Origin: a virus
Taxonomy: Duplodnaviria; Caudoviricetes
Length of the DNA stretch: 64,000 nt
Direction: 5' to 3' (one strand)
IMG/VR virus record: IMGVR_UViG_2830161386_000001
Coordinates: 32,001-96,000 of that record
Shown here: positions 1 through 7,956 of the stretch, piece after piece
Numbering within the stretch: the stretch's first letter is position 1
Layout: the number at the start of each line of letters is the position of its first letter
Notes under the pieces: model-generated
Told to the model about the DNA's origin: nothing
The model's database searches: none
What the model saw: the letters and a program-made list of their open reading frames with translations, nothing else
Translations under genes and position numbers: made by a program

Positions 1-381
1 CAAGGTCTGGGTATCTCCGCCTTTTAAGCTGAACGTAAGGGCGCCGGACATGACCCAAATGTACTGGTCATGCATTGGGTGGTAGTGCTCCGGCAAGTCG
101 TGGCCCGGAGCGCAGGCGACGGCGTAGACGTCGAAATCGTCTTGGTGGACAATTTTTTTCTCGGCCCACCCCTCGTTGTTTTTGAGGGCGAGGGACGGGG
201 GGGTTGCTTTTCCGTCGCTCGGGTCGAAGGCGCTTCGAAGCGCGGCCCGGCTGCTCCGGAGGTGCGTCAGCTCTTTCGCTGGCGCTGCTTCAGCTCCTGA
301 TAGAGATCGTCCATCAGGTCCCCCTGCTCCTGAAACTCGTCCATCGTCTCCTGATGCTTGTCGAGGGTCCGTTCCTTCCAT
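1..381 (-). CDS. Cupin-domain protein, partial (runs off the left edge; start uncertain)
   Basis: Manual translation of an open minus frame not in the ORF track: ...VYAVACAPGHDLPEHYHPMHDQYIWVMSGALTFSLKGGDTQTL. This matches cupin motif 1 (HxH...x6G). The only ATG upstream of the domain is at 381, inside the previous gene; see the frameshift finding. Confidence 0.65.
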   Translation of the reverse strand, partial: MEGTDPRQASGDDGRVSGAGGPDGRSLSGAEAAPAKELTHLRSSRAALRSAFDPSDGKATPPSLALKNNEGWAEKKIVHQDDFDVYAVACAPGHDLPEHYHPMHDQYIWVMSGALTFSLKGGDTQTL

Positions 382-512
382 TCATCTCTCTCGTTTCTTA
401 GCCGCTCGATCTGCTGTTCGAGCCGGCGGTTCCAGTAGTACATCGCAGTTACGGCAATCCCATAGGCGCCGAACTGCTTTAGAAAGACCGATATAATTTC
501 TTCAAAGCCCAT
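267..512 (-). CDS. Small membrane protein, holin-like (N-terminal hydrophobic helix plus coiled-coil tail)
   Basis: 81 aa; hydrophobic segment IISVFLKQFGAYGIAVTAMYYW followed by a charged heptad-like tail. Confidence 0.6.
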   Translation of the reverse strand: MGFEEIISVFLKQFGAYGIAVTAMYYWNRRLEQQIERLRNERDEWKERTLDKHQETMDEFQEQGDLMDDLYQELKQRQRKS

Positions 513-548
513 CTGATAATTTGTTCGTAGAACGCGAATCTAAGGAGA

Positions 549-1532
549 CTACGCTCCCTGAACTGCATCCCGAAAAAGCTCCCGCTCGGCGCTGGAAAGC
601 GCCTTCAGGGCGTCTTCGCCTTCTTTTTCATACCGGTCGGCAAACCCCTCGCCAAAAATCTCCGCCACCTTGCTAAGGTCCCGTTCTTGCTTTGGCGTTT
701 CGCTTTTGGGAAACACCACCTTGTGGGCCGTCGGCTCAACCTTGCTGGCCATTTTCTCCCCGTCCATCGGGGCCAGGCCCGCGACCTCGTCTAGCGACCG
801 CAGCTTCCGGGCTAGCTCCGGGAGGTCGGTGTTGCTCGCCTGCTTCTTCAGCTCCTGGTACATCGGCTGAAGTTTTTCGGGGGCGCGTGCCTTGCGGGCA
901 TCGACGTGCTCTTCAAACCGGACCGGCACCGAGGAGCGGCCGAACCGGGACACGGACGGTTCGCTGATTTCGGCCCCGGTTTTCTCCGCCTGCTTCAAAA
1001 TCGGCCGCGCCTTCTCGCACTTCTTCCGGGGCGGCATCGGGGCGGCGCCCAGCATCTTGGCGGCGGCCTTGACGTGATCCTTTGTGTCGAGGGGGTACTC
1101 CATGCCGTCGATCTCGACGGCCGTCTCCACCGCCGACGCGCTTGCCCGTTTTTCCTGCCAGGCCTGCTTGTCGATCGACCCGACGTAGACGATGTTTGTC
1201 GCCTGCGGGTCCGGGCGCTCCTCGAAAGCGGGCTCCGCAATTTTTTCCCGGGCGTGCTGGTCGATAAAGTACGCGGCGGTCTTGACGACCTCGTCCGGCA
1301 TCTCCCCGCGAGACTTATCGAGCGCCTCCTTGCTCATGCGGATGTCCATTTCCGTCTGTACCGGAAACTTCGGCCGCTTCTCCCGCCCGTCGTCTAGCAC
1401 GACGGCAAAGTCGTCGTGCGAGGCTTCTTTCAGCGCCTCTTTTCGGTCCGCAAGCTGGCTGGCCAGTTTTTCGGCCTCCTCGCGCCCCCGGTCGAACTGG
1501 TCGTTTACATGTCGAAGAAATTGTTGTAGCAT
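549..1532 (-). CDS. Hypothetical virion (internal head?) protein rich in K-x-A motifs
   Basis: 327 aa, charged and helical; nine K-x-A(S) motifs (KLAS, KEAS, KTAA, KRAS, KAAA, KQAE, KQAS, KMAS, KVAE). Confidence 0.6.
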   Translation of the reverse strand: MLQQFLRHVNDQFDRGREEAEKLASQLADRKEALKEASHDDFAVVLDDGREKRPKFPVQTEMDIRMSKEALDKSRGEMPDEVVKTAAYFIDQHAREKIAEPAFEERPDPQATNIVYVGSIDKQAWQEKRASASAVETAVEIDGMEYPLDTKDHVKAAAKMLGAAPMPPRKKCEKARPILKQAEKTGAEISEPSVSRFGRSSVPVRFEEHVDARKARAPEKLQPMYQELKKQASNTDLPELARKLRSLDEVAGLAPMDGEKMASKVEPTAHKVVFPKSETPKQERDLSKVAEIFGEGFADRYEKEGEDALKALSSAERELFRDAVQGA

Positions 1533-1555
1533 TCTGAGTCAGGTTTATTGCGCGC

Positions 1556-4543
1556 CTACGACAAGACCGTGATCGATACGGTGCCCGGCACGAACGTCTC
1601 GACGTTGCTTCGAGAAACTGAGAAATCGGTTGTTGATGTCCTGTTGCCGTCTCGGGAAAGGCGGCGGGCCGAAAGCGTGGCGGAATCGGTGTTTACGCTC
1701 TCGGCGCCGCGGTTTTGAAGGGCCGCCGCTAGGACCGATACGTCGATGAACTCTTTCTGGCGGTTCCGAATCCACTCGCGGATCATCGGCTCGACCTGCC
1801 CGCTAAACGTCCCGCGCACCTCGGCCGAAAAGTCGATCCACACCGGCCGGCGGTGGCGCGGAAGCAGGTCTGCGTCAATTTTTCGCTTCGGTGACGTATT
1901 CATAAAATCATGAACGGCGGCCACCTCGTTGTGGACGCGGGCCTCGGCGGTAATGGTCGTGCTCACGATGCCGGTATCAACCGGCATGTATACCGTCTCC
2001 TCCATCGACCCGCGGCGGCCGTCCCCGGCCCAGAAGTACCGGTACTCCGACCCCTCTTGGAGAGCAACTCCCTCTGGGCTTGACCCGGCGTATACGTTTG
2101 TAATCTCCGCAACTGGCCCACCGAAGTCCTCCGGCCGAAGGGTGTTGACCGCGTCCGCGGACTGGATCGTCGTTGACCGCGTGACGCTGGGCCGGTTGTC
2201 GCTTCCGGTGTCCTGGGTGAAGAACACGTCGGCCATGCCGCCAAGGTCGGTTTTGCCCTGGTAGCTCCGCCCGGTAATCTGGTCGACGTCCAGCTCCGCT
2301 ACGACCGGGGAGGCGGCCGGGCCTTCATGCGGGTGCGCGCTCGTGATGAGCATCCGGACGTGGCCGGAGCTGGTGCGGTAGCTGCCGACCTCGACCTCCA
2401 GCTGGCTGCTCCAAAACGAAAAGGAGTCGTAGCGCGGAGCCTTCGCTTCGGTCCACTCCTGGTTGCTTGGGTCCCAGAGGTAGATGTCGTGGCCGTAGGT
2501 TTCGGCGCCGTCGTGGCCTTTCCCGCGGGCAATTACGTCAATCTCGACCCGCCCAGAGAGGCCGGTTACGTCCACCTCCGAAATCACCTGCGGGTAGGAC
2601 TGCTGGACGTTTTCGACCCGGAAGCCGTTGAACGTCCAGTACTCGGTCCCGCCCGTAGAGCTGACGCCCAGGCCGACGTGGGTGGCGTTGATCGGGTTTT
2701 CCTGCGGGGTCGTAATGTCGTCGGGGCCCGGCTGCAACAGCTCCTCGCGCCGGTTTTCCGGCACGTAGGCCCCGTACTCCAGCGTTGGCGTGCCGGGCCG
2801 GGGCTGCCCGTCCGGCCAGAGGCGAACGGTCATTGTCATCCCGTTTTCCCCCTCCGCCGGGCTCCCGACCATAAGCTCGTACTGGTAGGTCGTCCCGGTG
2901 TCAACGGGCATGGAGGTCTGGGAAAGCGTGTTAAACTCCAGGGTCCCGCCGACGTGCTTCTCCCCGACGACGCTCATCTGGCGGGCCGCCGACGCGTTGT
3001 CGGTAATAAAGACGTTGGGGCGCCCTCCGTCCCCTGCTTTTACGATTGCGCCGTACCCCTCGAACCACCGGAACTTCGGGGCGCCCCGCCCGACCTGGGA
3101 AAGCGCGTCGGGGTTTTCGGTGCGGGCCATGCTGATGCAGGCCGGACGCTCCGGATCGGTCGTCTGGAAGCTCCCCCGCATGCGAAAGCCATAGGGCTGG
3201 GGGACTTTCCGTTGAAGCACCGGCGAGGTGTTGTTTTCGATGCCGCGGTACCCTTCCGACGGGTACTCGCGGGGCCGGGTAATTTCCTGCACGATGTCTT
3301 GCCGGACCTCCGAAGAGACGCCCTCCTCCCGCAAGCGCTGGTTGACCGCCTCCGCCCGGGCCTGGTCCTCCGACGTGGTCGAGAGGGTAAAAACCGGTAG
3401 GGTCAGGTCGGGGAAGCTATCCGACGGGTTCGGCAGCTCCTCCTCCCGCTTTTGCCGCAGGTTTCGGGGGCCTAACACGAGGCTGCCGTCGTTTACGAAA
3501 ATGCCGCTTGCGCTGTCTTTTTCGCGCCACCGCTCGCCGGTGTTGCCCGCGATCCAGCCGTTTCCGATTGCGGTCTTAAAGGACTGGTCGCGGCTGAAAT
3601 TGTCCTCAAACAGCACATCGGTCGACACCGACAGGGTTTCCAGGTCCGTGCTCGTTACGCTGTTGTAGCTCTCCTGCGGGACCTCTCCGTCAAAGGAGCT
3701 TGGCGGCTTTTGCTTCGACCGCGTGGTCCGGTAGTACAGCGCGCTGTTGTTGGGGATCGAGCGCCCCTTGGTTTTGTTGGCGTACCCAATTTCTTGCACC
3801 TCCTCGTAGGTGCGGACCGTGTTTCGCTCGATTTCCGGGTCCCCCGGCTCGGCAACAAACACGTTTTGGACCGCGTCCCCGAACTGCTCGCCCAGCTGAA
3901 ACTGAAGCCCGTCTTCGGTGTCCAGGGCGCGGGAGCTAACCGCCTGTTGGAGCCGAGAGCGAAGCCGCTCGTCCCCCTCTGATACCGAGGCGCTGGTGGT
4001 CGGCTCCGGGTTGTACGTCCCGACGAGATTGTCGATAATAAACCCCGGCGTCTGGATCGCATCGGCCCCTACCTCGTGGCTCGGGCCTTCTTCGGCGGCT
4101 TCAACCGGCACGTCCGGGGTCTCGTAAAGGGTCTGGTCGTTTCGGGTGACCTCCGTGAGCTGAGAGGCGGGGAACCGGACCGCCCGGGTTGTTTGGTATT
4201 CCAGGTCCTGAGCAAAAACAGACGACCCCTCCGGAAGATTGACTTCCGTGGGGGTCGTAAACAGAAGCCGGACGTCTGCGGTGGCCCGGCTCCCGCCCTG
4301 CCGCTCGGTTAGAAAACGGGCCGCTTGCGCCTCAAGCACGTCTCCGGTCGCGCCCGGGCCGGGCGGGTTGTTCTGCTGAATAAGCGTTTCGGCCTCGGAG
4401 AACACCGGCTCCATAATCATCGAAAGCGGGTTGATCACCTGGTCGACGATCACCGACCCCTCCCGCACCGCTCCGTCGCTGTCGCTGGAGCTGTACTCGC
4501 GGAAAAGCGACTCAAAAAGTGCCTTTACGTCTTGTTTGTCCAT
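1556..4543 (-). CDS. Baseplate wedge protein, P2 gpJ/T4 gp6-like, with large central insertion
   Basis: N-terminal Baseplate-J-like motifs (REGS.IVD...ERQGGSRATADVRL.F; VEAAEEGPSH.V; EGDERLRSRL); adjacent to a gp25-like gene; 995 aa. Confidence 0.8.
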   Translation of the reverse strand: MDKQDVKALFESLFREYSSSDSDGAVREGSVIVDQVINPLSMIMEPVFSEAETLIQQNNPPGPGATGDVLEAQAARFLTERQGGSRATADVRLLFTTPTEVNLPEGSSVFAQDLEYQTTRAVRFPASQLTEVTRNDQTLYETPDVPVEAAEEGPSHEVGADAIQTPGFIIDNLVGTYNPEPTTSASVSEGDERLRSRLQQAVSSRALDTEDGLQFQLGEQFGDAVQNVFVAEPGDPEIERNTVRTYEEVQEIGYANKTKGRSIPNNSALYYRTTRSKQKPPSSFDGEVPQESYNSVTSTDLETLSVSTDVLFEDNFSRDQSFKTAIGNGWIAGNTGERWREKDSASGIFVNDGSLVLGPRNLRQKREEELPNPSDSFPDLTLPVFTLSTTSEDQARAEAVNQRLREEGVSSEVRQDIVQEITRPREYPSEGYRGIENNTSPVLQRKVPQPYGFRMRGSFQTTDPERPACISMARTENPDALSQVGRGAPKFRWFEGYGAIVKAGDGGRPNVFITDNASAARQMSVVGEKHVGGTLEFNTLSQTSMPVDTGTTYQYELMVGSPAEGENGMTMTVRLWPDGQPRPGTPTLEYGAYVPENRREELLQPGPDDITTPQENPINATHVGLGVSSTGGTEYWTFNGFRVENVQQSYPQVISEVDVTGLSGRVEIDVIARGKGHDGAETYGHDIYLWDPSNQEWTEAKAPRYDSFSFWSSQLEVEVGSYRTSSGHVRMLITSAHPHEGPAASPVVAELDVDQITGRSYQGKTDLGGMADVFFTQDTGSDNRPSVTRSTTIQSADAVNTLRPEDFGGPVAEITNVYAGSSPEGVALQEGSEYRYFWAGDGRRGSMEETVYMPVDTGIVSTTITAEARVHNEVAAVHDFMNTSPKRKIDADLLPRHRRPVWIDFSAEVRGTFSGQVEPMIREWIRNRQKEFIDVSVLAAALQNRGAESVNTDSATLSARRLSRDGNRTSTTDFSVSRSNVETFVPGTVSITVLS

Positions 4544-4607
4544 AACAGAGTTGCGCTGGTAAGGCTACGTTTCGGGAGCTATGTCCTGGCGTTCTACACG
4601 CGAGTTG

Positions 4608-5024
4608 TCACACCTGTATTTCTGCGTTCTGCCCGGCCGCCGACCGGACCGTGATAAATATATCGAGTTGGCTCGGGTCGTCGCTGTTGCGGTTGACGCC
4701 GCTGACCGACATTGAGGCAAGGGTTTCGTCCGGTGGCAGGTCCAGCTCTTGCTGCTCGTTTTTCATCTCGACGGCCAGCTCGTCGACCCGGCTTTTGATC
4801 TCTTCGCGGAGGTCGGAGGAGTTGGTGCGGTACCGGCGGGTCAGGTCCCCGAGTCCGGCCCCGCGGTTTGGGCTCAGGGCGTCGCTTCCGGGGGTGGTCA
4901 AGAGGTTGTTGACCACCGCCTGCGCGAGGCTTACGATGCCTTCGGCCCGGAGGGGCACCTCGCCGGGAATTTTATACGTCACCGCCCCGTCCGACGGAAT
5001 TTGAAGAAGTCGAATGTCGGCCAT
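4608..5024 (-). CDS. Baseplate wedge / sheath initiator, gp25 (GPW)-like
   Basis: 138 aa with LAQAVVNNLLTTPGSD...PNRGAGL, resembling the gp25/GPW LxTxPGExxxxPxxG signature; directly upstream of the J-like gene. Confidence 0.8.
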   Translation of the reverse strand: MADIRLLQIPSDGAVTYKIPGEVPLRAEGIVSLAQAVVNNLLTTPGSDALSPNRGAGLGDLTRRYRTNSSDLREEIKSRVDELAVEMKNEQQELDLPPDETLASMSVSGVNRNSDDPSQLDIFITVRSAAGQNAEIQV

Positions 5025-5032
5025 TGCAAACG

Positions 5033-6790
5033 TTAGCTTGGCAGCTCAGCCATTTTCTGAGCGTCGGCGTCGTTGCTTTCGGAAATTGCGGTGATCGCCC
5101 CGCGGGCAAGCCGGGCCCGCTCTCTGGTTTTCCGTTTGGCTTCGAGGTACGCCCGCTCTTTGTCGGCGGGAAGCGTGCCGGTTGGTTCCGGGCACGTGTC
5201 GGCCTGCTGGACCGGGAGCAGAGACGTGGCTCCCGCAAACACGGTTTTGATCTCCCGCGAAAACTGCCCGCGCAGGATGCTCTCGATTGGGTTTTCGATT
5301 CCGGCGCTTCCAAGCAGCTCCGCAACCACCGACACGGTCGAGCTGGACTGTTCGTACAGCCCGGACAAGGCCTGGGCTTCTTGAAGCGCGCTTTCGGTTT
5401 CTTGAAGCGTCGTACTTGCGGCCTGCACCGGGTCTTCGGTTTTTGGCTCCAGCCCGACGAGACCGGTGGCCTGGTCGGCAAGCCGGCCGAACACCTCCAG
5501 GCGCTGAATGGGGCTTTGCCCGGACTGGCCCCGGAAAAACGGGCGATCAAAAAACGAAACCGCCCGGCTGTACCACTTCTCTTCGCTAATGGGGCGGTCG
5601 TCTCCGATCTGCGAGAGCAGCCCGAGCTTGCGGGCGAGCTCTTGTAGCTCCGAGGCAATTTCGGCCCGCCGCTCTGCCTCCTCCGGCCGGAGGGCTTCGA
5701 TCTCGCTTTGCAGGCGCTCTGTCTCTCCTTCAATGTAGCGAATCTGCTGGCCTGCCTTGACGAGCTGAGCCACGCCGTAGACCGGTCCGACCGTGTCGCT
5801 CATCGTCCGGGCAAGACTGCTCCAGGTAAGCACCTGCCCGTATAGAGACGCAATAGGGCTCGCGCCCAGACTTGAAATCGCGTCTCTGGCTTCCTGAAGC
5901 GCGTTTCGGCTCCGGCCGGCCCCGCCGATTGCAGAGCGGAGAAGCGCCGTCGCCCGGCTGGAGGCCAGAAGACGGCTTGCGTCAGATAAGTCCGTGCCGG
6001 CGGCCTCCAGGGCCGGCTCGTTGACCGAGCTGCTTTCCTCGTACTGCGAGCGGGCGACTTCCAGGTTCCGGTGGGCGGTTTCGGTGCGACGGGCCGCCTC
6101 CTCGATCCGGGGGCCACCTGCTCCAGACAAGGCCGACCGGGCCCGACGAGCCGCCGCGGCCCCGCGCCGTATCGACCGGACCCGAGAGCGGAACCGAACA
6201 AGCCGGTTTCGCATCCGGCGCAGGTCCCGCTCGGTCCGCCGGACCAAAAGCCCCATGACGCCCCGGAAAAAGGCGCTTTTGCTGCTTGAAACGATGTCAA
6301 GGGCGGCGACTGCCGCCTTCCGGGCGCGCTTTCCCTTCCGGCGCACAGCCCGGGCGGTTCCCTCCCCAAAGGTTCGGTCGAGCCCCTCGCTTACGGCCCG
6401 GTCAATTTTCTGGTTGGCAAGCTCCCCGATCTCTCCTGTCGACGTGCCGAGCCCGGCGGCAAGCGACTCCTCGGCCAGGCGCCGCGAGGCGTCGGAGAAG
6501 GTCGTTTCCGTGTTTTCCGCGGCGCTTGCGGCCTCCTGCTTTAGCTGCTTGTAGAGGCTGTCAACGCGGGACTGGACCTGCGACACGATCGACGAGGACA
6601 CCGGCTCAAGCCGCTTCCGGTTGCTCCGAATCGCGCTTCTTACGTCCCGAGCCTTCTCAAGCGCGGCGGAAACGCACTCCTCCGACGCGGAGCGGACGTC
6701 CGCGAACCGCCGGGCACGCCTCTTGGCGTTTTCGGCTACTTCTTTGGCCTGCTCGGTAACTTGTGCCGTAAGGCTGTCTTCTAAAATCAT
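5033..6790 (-). CDS. Hypothetical alpha-helical, Ala/Arg-rich protein
   Basis: 585-aa ORF in operon context with phage-like codon usage; no recognisable motif. Confidence 0.6.
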   Translation of the reverse strand: MILEDSLTAQVTEQAKEVAENAKRRARRFADVRSASEECVSAALEKARDVRSAIRSNRKRLEPVSSSIVSQVQSRVDSLYKQLKQEAASAAENTETTFSDASRRLAEESLAAGLGTSTGEIGELANQKIDRAVSEGLDRTFGEGTARAVRRKGKRARKAAVAALDIVSSSKSAFFRGVMGLLVRRTERDLRRMRNRLVRFRSRVRSIRRGAAAARRARSALSGAGGPRIEEAARRTETAHRNLEVARSQYEESSSVNEPALEAAGTDLSDASRLLASSRATALLRSAIGGAGRSRNALQEARDAISSLGASPIASLYGQVLTWSSLARTMSDTVGPVYGVAQLVKAGQQIRYIEGETERLQSEIEALRPEEAERRAEIASELQELARKLGLLSQIGDDRPISEEKWYSRAVSFFDRPFFRGQSGQSPIQRLEVFGRLADQATGLVGLEPKTEDPVQAASTTLQETESALQEAQALSGLYEQSSSTVSVVAELLGSAGIENPIESILRGQFSREIKTVFAGATSLLPVQQADTCPEPTGTLPADKERAYLEAKRKTRERARLARGAITAISESNDADAQKMAELPS

Positions 6791-6833
6791 GCTTTGGGCG
6801 CGCAGCGCGCAGCCTCGTGAAAGGCGGTGTCGC

Positions 6834-7871
6834 TCATGAGATGCGGTCGATTTCTTCTATGATTTTGTCTTTGTCGCGGCTGATGGTGGAGGAGCTGACG
6901 CCGGTTTTGTCTGCGACGGTGTCGATCAGTCCCTTGTTCATGCCAATCGGGTTTTTGGGCGCCCCGTCCAAAATGCCGGGAAACATGTGCTCCATAAGTA
7001 CCTGCCGGCGGTTGCTCGCGTCGGCGTATACAAGGTGAATTGCCTCCTTCTTGTCCGCGAGCCGGTCGGGGACCAGGTCCTCCTCGTCGATGGTCTGCTC
7101 CATGTCGTATTCGTCGGCCACTCCCATCAGGGCTTTGCCCGCCTTGTCTTTCGACACGGAGAACTGCTCCGCAAACTCCGCCCGCGTGGGGCGCCGGTTT
7201 TTCTGCTCTTTGACCTCGTCTATATAGTCTTTAATTTTGCCCAGGTTATCGCCAATGTCGCCGCTGCCGGGGGTGTTTGCGTCTCCGAACATTCGCACGA
7301 CTTCGCCGAGGCCCTGATACACGTAGTTTCCGACGTGGGTTGAAAGTTTGGCGTTGCCCTCCCTCGGGTCGTAGTTGTCGATTGCTTTCAAGGCCTCTCC
7401 ACGCCTGTTGGTGATAACGGCCGGCTTGGTCACGGCCTCGTCTTCGATTTTGTGAACCGCGTCCATCGTCATGTTTTTTACCGTCTGAAAGACCCGGCCC
7501 CTCATTCTCGGGTCGCCCCGCTCGGTCTCTTTGGTCCCAAATTTCCAGGCCCGCCAGAGGTTGTGCTGCTGGTCGTCTGGAAGGTTCTTGGCGGCTTCCC
7601 ACATCTCGCTATCTACGTCTTCAGGAGCGTCTTCCTCCATCTCGAAACTGGGGAGCCCGTAGCGCTCCGGGTTGGCGCTGGAGGGGCGGGCGCCTTTGTC
7701 TTTTAGAACGTTCATCTCCCCCTCGTAGGAGAGGTCGCTGTTTTGCAGCACTTCGGTGGCGTCGGCGTCCCCATCGTAGTTTTCAAACACCTCTTTTCGG
7801 ACCGGGGTGTCCCGGAAGAAGTCCGCCCCGTCGTCCCCGTCAAACAAGTCGTTTTCGTCAAGTGCGTCCAT
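6834..7871 (-). CDS. Phage sigma70-family RNA polymerase sigma factor-like protein
   Basis: Region-2-like ALKAIDNYDPREGNAKLSTHV (cf. FDPxRGxKFSTYA); region-3-like RRPTRAEFAEQFSVS; C-terminal HTH-like DTVADKTGVSSSTISR; acidic N-terminal extension. Confidence 0.8.
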   Translation of the reverse strand: MDALDENDLFDGDDGADFFRDTPVRKEVFENYDGDADATEVLQNSDLSYEGEMNVLKDKGARPSSANPERYGLPSFEMEEDAPEDVDSEMWEAAKNLPDDQQHNLWRAWKFGTKETERGDPRMRGRVFQTVKNMTMDAVHKIEDEAVTKPAVITNRRGEALKAIDNYDPREGNAKLSTHVGNYVYQGLGEVVRMFGDANTPGSGDIGDNLGKIKDYIDEVKEQKNRRPTRAEFAEQFSVSKDKAGKALMGVADEYDMEQTIDEEDLVPDRLADKKEAIHLVYADASNRRQVLMEHMFPGILDGAPKNPIGMNKGLIDTVADKTGVSSSTISRDKDKIIEEIDRIS

Positions 7872-7924
7872 CGGTCGTGGTAATTTGGTAGGCGCGTGTT
7901 CTTTGCTTTGGCCTTGTCGTTTTT

Positions 7925-7940
7925 AGTCCCAGCTGGGACT
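7925..7940. promoter_or_regulatory. 16-bp palindrome AGTCCCAGCTGGGACT, copy 1 (perfect)
   Basis: Intergenic, 53 nt upstream of the sigma-factor start. Confidence 0.85.
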
Positions 7941-7956
7941 AGCGCGCCAGCAGACT

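Noticed and set aside
5033-6790. 585-aa helical protein as the tape measure
   Set aside because: It is helical, but it is far from the chaperones, short for such a phage and lacks the typical aromatic periodicity. Left as hypothetical.
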